From Candidatus Micrarchaeota archaeon (lineage in GTDB: Archaea; Micrarchaeota; Micrarchaeia; Anstonellales; Anstonellaceae): DNA of 64,000 bases. Under the pieces are notes generated by a model. It was not told where the DNA came from, searched no databases, and saw only the letters and a program-made list of their open reading frames with translations. Position numbers and translations under genes: made by a program. The DNA is taken from the NCBI GenBank assembly GCA_964581105.1, contig CAZOMB010000004.1, positions 672 through 64,671 of the forward strand, given 5' to 3'. Of the stretch, positions 28,519 to 37,011 are shown in pieces; the stretch's first letter is position 1; every line of letters starts with the position of its first letter.

Positions 28519-28640
28519 GTGTCAGCAGCAACGTGCTTTCCCGCTCACAGAGCAGTACAGGCAGTGTCGTGAGAGGGCTTAACTTCCGAGTTCGGAATGG
28601 GTTCGGGTGTTTCCCCTCTCCTATGACCGCTGACAGGCAG
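28519..28640 (-). rRNA. 5S ribosomal RNA, about 122 nt, stand-alone
   Basis: The minus-strand sequence is CUGCCUGUCAGCGG...CCGAACUCGGAAGUUAAGCCCUC...GCUGCUGACA. It has the conserved loop C/helix III core CCGAAC...GGAAGUUAAGC. Helix I is formed by UGUCAGC/GCUGACA. An AAATAAAAA TATA-like box sits about 25 nt upstream at 28655-28672. Confidence 0.8.
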
Positions 28641-28695
28641 AATATGCTGGCAACTTGTTTTTATTTGTTTGCCTGGAGCAGTAATTTTTTGGACA

Positions 28696-28908
28696 TTACT
28701 CCAACTCGGACTTTTCCATTCCAACGGTTTTGATTATATGGCGCACAAGGCCGCGCTTTAGCTCCTTATGCAAAGGAATAGTGACTGGCGGCAGCTCCCT
28801 ATGGACAAGATTTACATGGCTTCCTTTCCTGCTTCGCACAACAAAGCCCTTGTACTTGATAAGAATTTTTGCCAGCTTCTCTCCGGAAACAACTGGAAGC
28901 TTAGGCAC
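28696..28908 (-). CDS. hicA: HicA-family toxin (YcfA-like mRNA interferase)
   Basis: MPKLPVVSGEKLAKILIKYKGFVVRSRKGSHVNLVH matches the HicA/YcfA pattern (...KGSHxxxxH...). It overlaps the upstream hicB by 8 nt. Confidence 0.75.
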   Translation of the reverse strand: MPKLPVVSGEKLAKILIKYKGFVVRSRKGSHVNLVHRELPPVTIPLHKELKRGLVRHIIKTVGMEKSELE

Positions 28909-29134
28909 TTAAAGACACCGTTGCTACCTGCAACTTTCCAGAATTTGCTGGTGTTTTGCGGTAGGAGCCAAGCGACTCAAGGTGCAGAAGAAGAGCCTCT
29001 TTTATGTTCTTGAGGGCACCCTTTTTGGTTTGTGCCTGGGAAAAACAGCCGGGAAGGGAAGGCACTTCTACCCAATAGCCTCCTTCGTCAGCCTTGTGCA
29101 AAACCACTTTCACATTGATTTTCTTGCCTGGCAT
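28901..29134 (-). CDS. hicB: HicB-family antitoxin (UPF0150)
   Basis: VVLHKADEGGYWVEVPSLPGCFSQAQTKKGALKNIKEALLLHLE matches the HicB N-terminal domain (...GGYxxxxPxLPGCxxxGxTxEEALxNxxEAI). Confidence 0.75.
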   Translation of the reverse strand: MPGKKINVKVVLHKADEGGYWVEVPSLPGCFSQAQTKKGALKNIKEALLLHLESLGSYRKTPANSGKLQVATVSLSA

Positions 29135-29273
29135 GCATTAGCTTTTGCTGCCTGAGTTTTTATACTTAAGCACAGTAACGTGCCGGTGAACATTAAGGAT
29201 GTCCTGAAAAACCTATCTCGTTGCCCATACAAAACCTTAATAAGCACAGCCAGAGAATTGCATTTGTGAGACT

Positions 29274-30080
29274 ATGATTAACGTGAAACATTATTCCTAC
29301 GGTGCCGGAGCCCTTGCAGTGCTTGGGGCAATGGGCGCATTTGTTGGAGGCACAGGGATTATTACCCTGATTTCTGGGTTTCTTTGCCTTGTTGGGGCAA
29401 TTGGCGCAGTTGCAATTTACAAATATGGCTACTTTATTGTGCCATTGCTTACTCAAAAGGGGAACATAGTACAGATAATAGAGGGCGGCTATGAAATACC
29501 GCCAACAAATGATGTTGTGCTCAAGAATGTTGGGGGAATTTACTATGCCTCAAAGTATTTGGGGGTCAGGATATATGAGTCTGCATCTGAAAAGACTGCT
29601 GAGGAAAATATTGTTTACTCTGAATATTTTGAAAGGGCAATATCATCAGTAAAGTACGTGACAAAATTCGCATTCATGGTTTACATGAAAGATGTAAGCT
29701 CTCACAGGAACAGGATTGAAACAAAGCATGCAGAGGCGCAACTCCGGCTTGCAAGGGAAAGGGACAAGCCAGACCCAGATGTATTGAAACTTGACAGGTT
29801 TGAAAAAGAAGTTGCAATGTGGGAAAACCAGATAAACAAGCTGACACGGGGCATAAAGCCAATGGGAGTCCTCTCCTATGTAATGACAACTGCAGTAGGG
29901 GTGAGCAAAGAGGCTGCAATGGCAGGCGCTGCTGCACAGGCAAAAGAGCTCAAGGCAACAATTGCAAATGCCCTGAATGTGCAGGTTGATGTGCTTACTG
30001 GAGATGAGATGCTGCGCTGCTTTCAGTGGGAAACAATGATACCTCCAACACCTGCAGAGATGGAGCAGGCAGTGCTCTGA
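29274..30080 (+). CDS. Membrane protein with two N-terminal TM helices plus a soluble domain. It is the first gene of the ATPase cluster.
   Basis: GAGALAVLGAMGAFVGGTGIITLISGFLCLVGAIGAVAIY is hydrophobic. It is followed by about 200 aa of soluble sequence. No motif is recognised. Confidence 0.45.
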   Translation: MINVKHYSYGAGALAVLGAMGAFVGGTGIITLISGFLCLVGAIGAVAIYKYGYFIVPLLTQKGNIVQIIEGGYEIPPTNDVVLKNVGGIYYASKYLGVRIYESASEKTAEENIVYSEYFERAISSVKYVTKFAFMVYMKDVSSHRNRIETKHAEAQLRLARERDKPDPDVLKLDRFEKEVAMWENQINKLTRGIKPMGVLSYVMTTAVGVSKEAAMAGAAAQAKELKATIANALNVQVDVLTGDEMLRCFQWETMIPPTPAEMEQAVL

Positions 30081-30091
30081 AGAGTGATACA

Positions 30092-31699
30092 ATGGGGCGC
30101 CTAAGTCTTTCTGGAATTGACAATGTGGATTTGGCAAGGCGGAACATATTTGTCCGCCCTCCAGAGCCTCCAGAAGACGTGCTAATGGCAGACCCGACAA
30201 ATGCAATATATGTTGGCAGGACAAAAATTTTCCATGTTCCTTTTTACTGGACTTTTCAAAAAACTACAAACCCGCACATATGCGTTGTTGGGATAACTGG
30301 CTCAGGAAAATCCTATTTTGTGAAAACATTCCTTACCAGGGCATCATATGTATGGGGAACAAATGCTTTCATAATTGACTGGGCAGGCGAATACAAGGAA
30401 TGGGTAAAGCAGGTAGGGGGAAAAGTAATCTCATTGGGCAGGGGCTCGTCAATAAACCTTCTGGATACTGGGGGCATGAAGCCAAATGACAGGATAAAAC
30501 AAGTGATGAGGACCTTGGATATTTTGACAGACATTGGAAGGTATCCAGAACAAAGAAGGCTGACAGAAATAGCAATTGAAAAGTCATATGTAAAGGCAAA
30601 ATTCAAGCTTGACTCAAAAATGCATGTGGACGGGCTTGGAAGGCCCTTAAGGCCGCCAACCCTGAAAGACGTGCAAAAGCACCTTGAGGACATGAGCGAG
30701 GCAGGCGGCTATGAGTTTCCTGCAGAGCTTGAAAATGCTATTTACAGGCTAAAGCAGTTTACAAGGGAAGGGGAGGACTTTTTTGCCAAGCACTCTACAA
30801 TTGATTTGGAAAAGTTAACAAGAGGGGGATTGGTTGACCTTGACTTGTCAGGATTGCCAGATGAGACTTTCAGGGGCCTGGCAGCTCTATCAATGCTTCA
30901 ATTCATAAAGGAAAAGATGAGGGAAGAGGGCTGGTCATCAACAAAAGGCCTGAAGCTCATGGTTGTGCTTGACGAGGCATGGAAAATTGCAAAAGATGAC
31001 AACTCTGATGCTGTAATGATTGTAAGGGAAGGAAGAAAATACCAGTTTGGTCTTATAGTTGCATCACAAAACCCAACAGACATATCTGAGGCGATTTTCT
31101 CAAACGTTGGGACAACTTTCATATTCAGGGTCAAGTTTGAAAGGTTTTTGGACTATTTGCAGAGCACTCTGAATTTCTCAGATTATATGAGGGGCGAAAT
31201 TGCAAAGTTTGGAGTGGGGCAGGCTGCTGTTAACATGGCATTTCAGACAACCTCTGACTTTTCTGACACTTTCCTTGTTGACAGGATAGAAGGAGAAGAG
31301 CCAATGCAGGAGTTTTTCCTTGACATGGAAAATGTGCTTACACAAGAGGAGCTTGCAATGGAAGGGTCCCAGCACGCAGTTTCATTTGAAAAGGACGAGC
31401 TTAAGAAAAAGCTGCGCTCATATGGCATGAGTGAGGAGCATTCTGATGAAATAGTGAGGCTGTTTGCAAAAAAGGGAAGAAGGATGGGGATTTCGCCCTT
31501 TGTAGTCCTGCTTTCCCGCTATGGGATTGCAAGGAAAAACATTTCAGCATTCTTAAAGGAGCTTGGGCTTGAGGACAATACCACTATAACCGTGCTCTCA
31601 AAGGCAAAAGAGCTTGAGATACTGCTTGGCAATGATGACATTTCAGATTACATAATAAACCCTGCTGGAGGGAAAAAAACAAAAAGAGGAAGGAGATAG
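30092..31699 (+). CDS. FtsK-HerA superfamily ATPase (HerA/VirB4/DUF87-like) with a C-terminal about 90-aa extension
   Basis: The Walker A motif is VVGITGSGKS at about 30288. Walker B is KLMVVLDEAWK. LIVASQNPTDI is the typical HerA/VirB4 arginine-finger region. The likely start is MGRLSL at 30092. Confidence 0.7.
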   Translation: MGRLSLSGIDNVDLARRNIFVRPPEPPEDVLMADPTNAIYVGRTKIFHVPFYWTFQKTTNPHICVVGITGSGKSYFVKTFLTRASYVWGTNAFIIDWAGEYKEWVKQVGGKVISLGRGSSINLLDTGGMKPNDRIKQVMRTLDILTDIGRYPEQRRLTEIAIEKSYVKAKFKLDSKMHVDGLGRPLRPPTLKDVQKHLEDMSEAGGYEFPAELENAIYRLKQFTREGEDFFAKHSTIDLEKLTRGGLVDLDLSGLPDETFRGLAALSMLQFIKEKMREEGWSSTKGLKLMVVLDEAWKIAKDDNSDAVMIVREGRKYQFGLIVASQNPTDISEAIFSNVGTTFIFRVKFERFLDYLQSTLNFSDYMRGEIAKFGVGQAAVNMAFQTTSDFSDTFLVDRIEGEEPMQEFFLDMENVLTQEELAMEGSQHAVSFEKDELKKKLRSYGMSEEHSDEIVRLFAKKGRRMGISPFVVLLSRYGIARKNISAFLKELGLEDNTTITVLSKAKELEILLGNDDISDYIINPAGGKKTKRGRR

Positions 31700-31702
31700 A
31701 AA

Positions 31703-31999
31703 ATGGCAAAAACGCTTTTCTTTGCAAAAGAGGAACTGAGAAAAAGGCTGAGGATGTTTGGCCTTGATGAGGTGCATGTGGCAGACGTGACAGGAGTGTT
31801 TGACAGGAACAACAGGCACATTGACGTTGTTTCATTCGTTATAATGATGGAGCGCTATGGAGTGCAGCGCTCAGACATCTCATCATTCCTGCATGACGTT
31901 GGGATTGATGAGAGCACAATGATAAATATATTTTCCAAGGCAGACTTCACCCGCCTTGGGGTAGGAAACAGGGAAGTCACGCAAGTGGTGCTTGCGTAA
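31703..31999 (+). CDS. Small protein homologous to the C-terminal extension of the upstream ATPase
   Basis: FAKEELRKRLRMFGLDEVHV...FVIMMERYGVQRSDISSFLHDVGIDESTMINIFSKA aligns with the ATPase tail FEKDELKKKLRSYGMSEEHS...VVLLSRYGIARKNISAFLKELGLEDNTTITVLSKA. Confidence 0.5.
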   Translation: MAKTLFFAKEELRKRLRMFGLDEVHVADVTGVFDRNNRHIDVVSFVIMMERYGVQRSDISSFLHDVGIDESTMINIFSKADFTRLGVGNREVTQVVLA

Positions 32000-32005
32000 A
32001 GAGGT

Positions 32006-32392
32006 GTGAAAATGGCAAAGGTATGCATAATTTCAGGGGAAAGGGTGCAAAAAGGCTACCCAGTGGCTGATGACTTTGTTATAAGGTCAATAAGGTCAGT
32101 GAAAAAAAGGCTTGGCATTGCAAAAAACAATACTTTGGTGGTGTCGCATGAAAAGCTTGAAGAGTACAGGAAAAAGAGGGAAAAATACGAAAAAGACCTT
32201 GTCATGCACATAGTTCTAGCCGGCTTTGTTCTTGTGCTGTTTGTGCTTTTGCCAATCTTCACAACAGGATTTTCAATAACAGCGCTTTTGCTTGGGATTG
32301 TGCTTGCAGCAATGATTGTAGGGCTTTCAGTGTTTTCCCATTGCCCAAGGATTGAGGCAAAGGGAATAGGAAAGAAAAAGAGGAAGAGGTAG
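32006..32392 (+). CDS. Small 2-TM membrane protein
   Basis: The hydrophobic hairpin is HIVLAGFVLVLFVLLPIFTTGFSITALLLGIVLAAMIVGLSVF. The tail is basic. Confidence 0.4.
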   Translation: MKMAKVCIISGERVQKGYPVADDFVIRSIRSVKKRLGIAKNNTLVVSHEKLEEYRKKREKYEKDLVMHIVLAGFVLVLFVLLPIFTTGFSITALLLGIVLAAMIVGLSVFSHCPRIEAKGIGKKKRKR

Positions 32393-32395
32393 CAA

Positions 32396-33169
32396 ATGGT
32401 CAGAATAAAACTGCCGCAAAAAGGGGGCAAGTCAAGGACTTCAAAGGCTCCGCCAAGGCCTACAAAGCCAACTGTGAGCGGCTTTAGGGTGCATGGCAAA
32501 AGGCAGGCCAACCCAAAAGAGCTTTCCAAAAAGCTTTCTGAGCTGTCATTCCTTGAGATGAGCGTTGAGGGGGATTCCCTTGCAGTGCTGAATGTGGAGT
32601 CAAGGGACATACAAAAAAATCCGTATCTGTTCTCAATAGTTTACTTTAGGCCTGCAATGATAGAGGCAACCTATACATGCCTTGCAAACATGAGCCCGAA
32701 AAAAAGAAGGATAGATGTTTTGCGGCATTTTCTCAACCTGATGACAATAACAGAAGATTGCTATGAAATTGAGATACGCGAAGTTTACCAGCTTCTTGAG
32801 GCTGCGGTTGCGCACATGACCCAGTATGTTTCTGTTGACTATGACCGGCTTTTTTCTCTTTATGACAATTTGCAGACAGAATTTTCCAGCCTGAAGAAAA
32901 AGGCTGCCGAGGCAACTGAGGCAAACGCATCGCTTTCAAAAGAAAATTATGAGCTCAAGAGCAAAAATGACGAGCTCACCCTTAAGCTTGAGTCCCTTGA
33001 AACCTTTTCAGACTCTGTGCTTTCTGTCAAAATACAGGAATGGCTCTCAGAACACAAGGGCGAGATAAATATTGCTGACTTTTCCAAGGTATACAATGTC
33101 CCTGAGACACGGGTCGAGCAGATTCTCAACAAGCTTGTGACTGAAGGCTATATTGAGACAAAAGGCTAG
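32396..33169 (+). CDS. Coiled-coil protein with a C-terminal winged-helix-like domain
   Basis: A heptad-like segment is LQTEFSSLKKKAAEATEANASLSKENYELKSKNDELTLKLESLE. The C-terminal sequence is FSKVYNVPETRVEQILNKLVTEGYIE. Confidence 0.45.
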   Translation: MVRIKLPQKGGKSRTSKAPPRPTKPTVSGFRVHGKRQANPKELSKKLSELSFLEMSVEGDSLAVLNVESRDIQKNPYLFSIVYFRPAMIEATYTCLANMSPKKRRIDVLRHFLNLMTITEDCYEIEIREVYQLLEAAVAHMTQYVSVDYDRLFSLYDNLQTEFSSLKKKAAEATEANASLSKENYELKSKNDELTLKLESLETFSDSVLSVKIQEWLSEHKGEINIADFSKVYNVPETRVEQILNKLVTEGYIETKG

Positions 33170-35786
33170 GCACAAACCAAAGGTTATTCGCATGGTTGAA
33201 AAGGACAAGCTTCTCAAGCTGAAAATTTCAAAAAACGCATATGTTTTCGACGTGAGGAGAAAGTACAATGCAAAAAGGAGCTTTAGGGTGAAAAAAAAGC
33301 CTGACACGCCTTTTGATGACTTGAAGGGAACTGCCCTTTCTCTTTTAAAGAAAAAAAAGCAGGAGAAAAAGCAAGAAAAAAAGCCAAAAGCCCCACTCGG
33401 GGCAAAGCTGCCTGAAAGCCCAAAATCTGCAATTGCAAAGACAGCTGCGATTGTTGTCCTTATTTTCATTTTACTTGGCGCTGCATTTGTATGGCTAATG
33501 CTCCAAGGGCCTGGTGCAGGGCCAGAGGAAATTGAAGCGCCTGATGTTTTCTCAGGGTCATTCGGCTATTCAATAGAGCAGTCAATGGTCCTGTCTTCCA
33601 GCCAAGAGGATGAACTTTCTAGGTCTGCCTATTTTTTGGTTGACTTTGATGCAAGGAACCTTGGCGGGCTTAACTTTTCTGCATCTGTTTTCTCGCAAAA
33701 GCCCTCAGTCCAGGTATTTTTGCTTGACTATGCAAGGGACAGCGCTGACTCCTACCCTGTTTTCAGGAGGAATTTGATTGACAAGCTTAAAGAGAATGGG
33801 ATTTCTGTGAATGAGATAGACATTGAGGCGCTTTCTTCTTTGCCAGGAGGCGCCCTGGTTGTTGTGCCAACAGGCTATTTGCCAAAAGAGCTTTTGGGAA
33901 TTGGCAGCCAGCTTGACTTCAAAAAGCTTCTTTCGAGAGGGGTAACAATAGTTTACATTGGAAGGGAATTTGACTCGCTTGCCCTTGACCAGGCAGGCTC
34001 AGCAATCCCTGTTTCTTATAATGAGCTTTTGTTTGCAAAATCAAAGCCAGAGTCAGAGGATGGGTTTGGGCTGTATGACGCCCAGTATGTTGTTGGCCAG
34101 ATTGCAGGAAGAAATGACATTGACCTGGCTTTTTTTGGCAAAATATATGGCTCTGTTTCAGTCATAGGAAACAAAAACGGCTCTATTTTGTTCCTTCCCC
34201 AGTCGCTTGACGGAGGCTGGAGAACAGACGGCAAGGCAGCTGCACAAGATGTTGTAAGGCTTATAACAGAGGAAAGATGGCTTTCGCTTATTGCCTATGC
34301 CTCAAAGGAGATTGACCTTGAGGAAGAGCAATCAGGCATGGTGTCACTTTACTCAACCAGTTTTCCCAGTGACTCTGCGTATGTGAAATTCACTGCAAAA
34401 GCGCTTGACCTTGAGGGTAATGAAAGAAGCTCAACAGAAGTTCTCAAGCTAAAGAAAGTCCAGAAAGGGGAAATGACCCAGCCTGAGCCTGAGGCAGTCC
34501 CATATTACCTTTCAGGAGAGAGGACCAGGTTTAACATAGAGCTTAGGGAAACAGACCCCACGCCTGTAAAGCTTTATATCAGCATGTACAAGGACGGAAC
34601 TGAGCTTCAGCGCTCTGACCTTGAGCTTGGCCTTACAAACCCAACAATAGACAAGTCAGTTGATTTTCAGGTAAATGCAGAGCCAGGAAATTACACTGCA
34701 TATGTGGTAAACTCAAAAGGCAAAATATATGCTGCAACAAGGCTGGATGTTATTGACCTGCAAATATACACAAACAGCAGCGACTGGCAGCAAGGGAAGT
34801 TCACTTTCCTTCTTTCTGCAGCAGGAAAGCCTGTTGTTCCGCGCAGCCTTTCAATCTCCCTGGATGGGAAAGGGAAAAGGCAATACACCCCCTCTTCATT
34901 CGCATACTCAGGAACAAGCACTGCCATAACTTATGAATATGCAGGGGAGATAAAGCCTGGCTTGCATGAATTCATTTTTACTGCAGGCGACTGGAGCAAA
35001 AAATATGAGCAGGATTATTTTGCTGCCAAAAACTTTTGGGAAAACCCTGTTGTTATTTTTCTTGCAATTGTCTCGTTGGCTGTTTTTGGAATAGGCCTTA
35101 GCCTAAGAAGGCCAGAAGTCCTGAGATATGGGCTTGATGTTCCGGACTTTCCCCCTCTTTCAACAATAAAAATACCTGTGAAAAAGGAAACTGTGCTCGA
35201 TATACTTGACACTGTTAATGCCTCTTACTCATGGAAATGGATGCCGCTTGGCACTGATGAGATAAAAAAAGGCTTTAGAAAGCTGACTTACAACGGCAAG
35301 CCCATCCTAATAGGGGACTTTAACCTTGACATGGTGCTTGTCAAGCTTCGGGATGCCGGGCTTGTTAAAGAGGAGCTTGGCTATTGGGGCAGGGCTGAAT
35401 GGGAAAAGCAAAGCAACCATTCAATGCATTACCTTGCAATGTACAGGATTTTGCGCAATGTATTTGTGAACAATGCTGTGAAATTCTCAAAGCTGGATGC
35501 AATGAATGACTGTGACATAAAGGCAATTGTAGGGAAAGAAAGGCTGTATCTCCACATAATGGAAGAGCCAAAGGAAAGGGTTGTGCACAGGGCGCTTGCA
35601 ACCTCTGGCAAGGGCAAGACACTCATAGTATTCAGGTCAAAAGATGAGGCATCCTCCTTCCGCTCTTCTCTTACCTCAACCTCAAGGCTTGCTGTCGGGC
35701 TTAAGATGGAGGTCAACAGCAGGAACATATTGCTGCTTCCTGTGAAAAGAGGGGTTTCCGGGTATTTGAGGGGCCTTTCAAGGTAG
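33153..35786 (+). CDS. Large bitopic membrane protein of 877 aa. It has a basic N-terminus, TM1, an extracytoplasmic domain of about 470 aa, TM2 and a C-terminal cytoplasmic domain of about 230 aa.
   Basis: The hydrophobic helices are AAIVVLIFILLGAAFVWLML and VVIFLAIVSLAVFGIGLSL. It overlaps the upstream gene, which suggests translational coupling. Confidence 0.5.
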   Translation: MRQKARHKPKVIRMVEKDKLLKLKISKNAYVFDVRRKYNAKRSFRVKKKPDTPFDDLKGTALSLLKKKKQEKKQEKKPKAPLGAKLPESPKSAIAKTAAIVVLIFILLGAAFVWLMLQGPGAGPEEIEAPDVFSGSFGYSIEQSMVLSSSQEDELSRSAYFLVDFDARNLGGLNFSASVFSQKPSVQVFLLDYARDSADSYPVFRRNLIDKLKENGISVNEIDIEALSSLPGGALVVVPTGYLPKELLGIGSQLDFKKLLSRGVTIVYIGREFDSLALDQAGSAIPVSYNELLFAKSKPESEDGFGLYDAQYVVGQIAGRNDIDLAFFGKIYGSVSVIGNKNGSILFLPQSLDGGWRTDGKAAAQDVVRLITEERWLSLIAYASKEIDLEEEQSGMVSLYSTSFPSDSAYVKFTAKALDLEGNERSSTEVLKLKKVQKGEMTQPEPEAVPYYLSGERTRFNIELRETDPTPVKLYISMYKDGTELQRSDLELGLTNPTIDKSVDFQVNAEPGNYTAYVVNSKGKIYAATRLDVIDLQIYTNSSDWQQGKFTFLLSAAGKPVVPRSLSISLDGKGKRQYTPSSFAYSGTSTAITYEYAGEIKPGLHEFIFTAGDWSKKYEQDYFAAKNFWENPVVIFLAIVSLAVFGIGLSLRRPEVLRYGLDVPDFPPLSTIKIPVKKETVLDILDTVNASYSWKWMPLGTDEIKKGFRKLTYNGKPILIGDFNLDMVLVKLRDAGLVKEELGYWGRAEWEKQSNHSMHYLAMYRILRNVFVNNAVKFSKLDAMNDCDIKAIVGKERLYLHIMEEPKERVVHRALATSGKGKTLIVFRSKDEASSFRSSLTSTSRLAVGLKMEVNSRNILLLPVKRGVSGYLRGLSR

Positions 35787-35825
35787 CTTTTTTAAACCTC
35801 AAAAGAGCTTTCAGACTGACTGTTT

Positions 35826-37010
35826 ATGCGAATAGCAATGCTTGGGTGGGAGTTTCCCCCATTCATATCTGGGGGCCTTGGTGTCCACTGCTTTGAGCTT
35901 ACAAAGGCGCTTTGCGAGAAAGGCGCGCAAATAGATTTTTTCATGCCTGTGTCAGGCAAGAAAATAAGCTCGCCACACAAGGGGCTGCGGATAGTGGAGG
36001 TTGCAAAAACAGTGCTTAAGCCATATATGTTTTTCTCGAAAACCGGGAAAAGGGCAGGCTATGGCAAGAACCTTGTGAATGCAGTAAAGGAATACTGGTC
36101 ACATTGCATTTCCTCAGTCCTTGCCTATTCACAGGAAAACAGGTATGACATCATACATGCGCATGACTGGCTTGCCTCAAGGGCAGGAATAGAGCTTAAG
36201 CAAAAGCTCTCAATCCCCCTAGTACAGACTTTCCATTCAACTGAATTTGACAGAACCAGCTGGCCTTGGCAATACATTCTTGACATTGAAAGGTCTGCAA
36301 CTGAAAATGCTGACCTGATAATAGCAGTGAGCAAAAGGACCGGCGACCAGGTAGAAAGGCTTGGCGCGCAAAAGCAAAGAATAAGGGTTGTTTACAATGG
36401 GGTTGACCGGGAGAAATTTTCCTCTTCCCAGGTTGAAAAACTTGGAAGCTTTAGGAAAAAAAGGAAAATAGTCCTGTTTTTGGGAAGGTTAACAGAGCAA
36501 AAAGGGCCTGTGCAGTTCCTTCATGCAGCAAAAAGGGTGCTTGCAAAAGAGCCTGACACCCTGTTTGTAATTGCAGGCAAAGGCGAGCTTCTCCCCCTTC
36601 TGATAAATATGAGCCTTGGCATGGGAATTTCAAAAAATGTACGTTTCCTAGGGTATATACCTGATGAGGAGCAGAGGAAAATATACAAGGTTGCAGACGT
36701 TTATGTAATGCCCTCAACTTCAGAGCCTTTTGGCATAACTGCACTTGAGGCAATGAGCAGTGGAGTGCCAGTAATAATATCAAAAACCTCTGGAGTTGCT
36801 GAAATAGTAAAGTCTGCAATAAAGGTTGACTTTTGGGATATAAACTCAATGGCTGACAAAATACTTGCCCTGCTTAAGTACAGGCCCCTTGCAAAAACAA
36901 TGGCAGGCATGTCATTAGGCGAGGCTGGAAAATGGACATGGGAAAGGACAGCTGCTGAGACATTGAAGGTGTATGAGGAAGCGATAAATAGTAGGAAGAG
37001 CAATAATTAA
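35826..37010 (+). CDS. Glycosyltransferase family 4/5 (glycogen-synthase-like, GT-B)
   Basis: The N-terminal IAMLGWEFPPF..GGLG is glycogen/starch-synthase-like. SEPFGITALEAM is the EX7E motif. Confidence 0.7.
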   Translation: MRIAMLGWEFPPFISGGLGVHCFELTKALCEKGAQIDFFMPVSGKKISSPHKGLRIVEVAKTVLKPYMFFSKTGKRAGYGKNLVNAVKEYWSHCISSVLAYSQENRYDIIHAHDWLASRAGIELKQKLSIPLVQTFHSTEFDRTSWPWQYILDIERSATENADLIIAVSKRTGDQVERLGAQKQRIRVVYNGVDREKFSSSQVEKLGSFRKKRKIVLFLGRLTEQKGPVQFLHAAKRVLAKEPDTLFVIAGKGELLPLLINMSLGMGISKNVRFLGYIPDEEQRKIYKVADVYVMPSTSEPFGITALEAMSSGVPVIISKTSGVAEIVKSAIKVDFWDINSMADKILALLKYRPLAKTMAGMSLGEAGKWTWERTAAETLKVYEEAINSRKSNN

Positions 37011-37011
37011 C

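Noticed and set aside
28533-28733. 66-aa ORF on the plus strand
   Set aside because: It lies entirely over the 5S rRNA gene and its promoter on the opposite strand. There is no coding signal.
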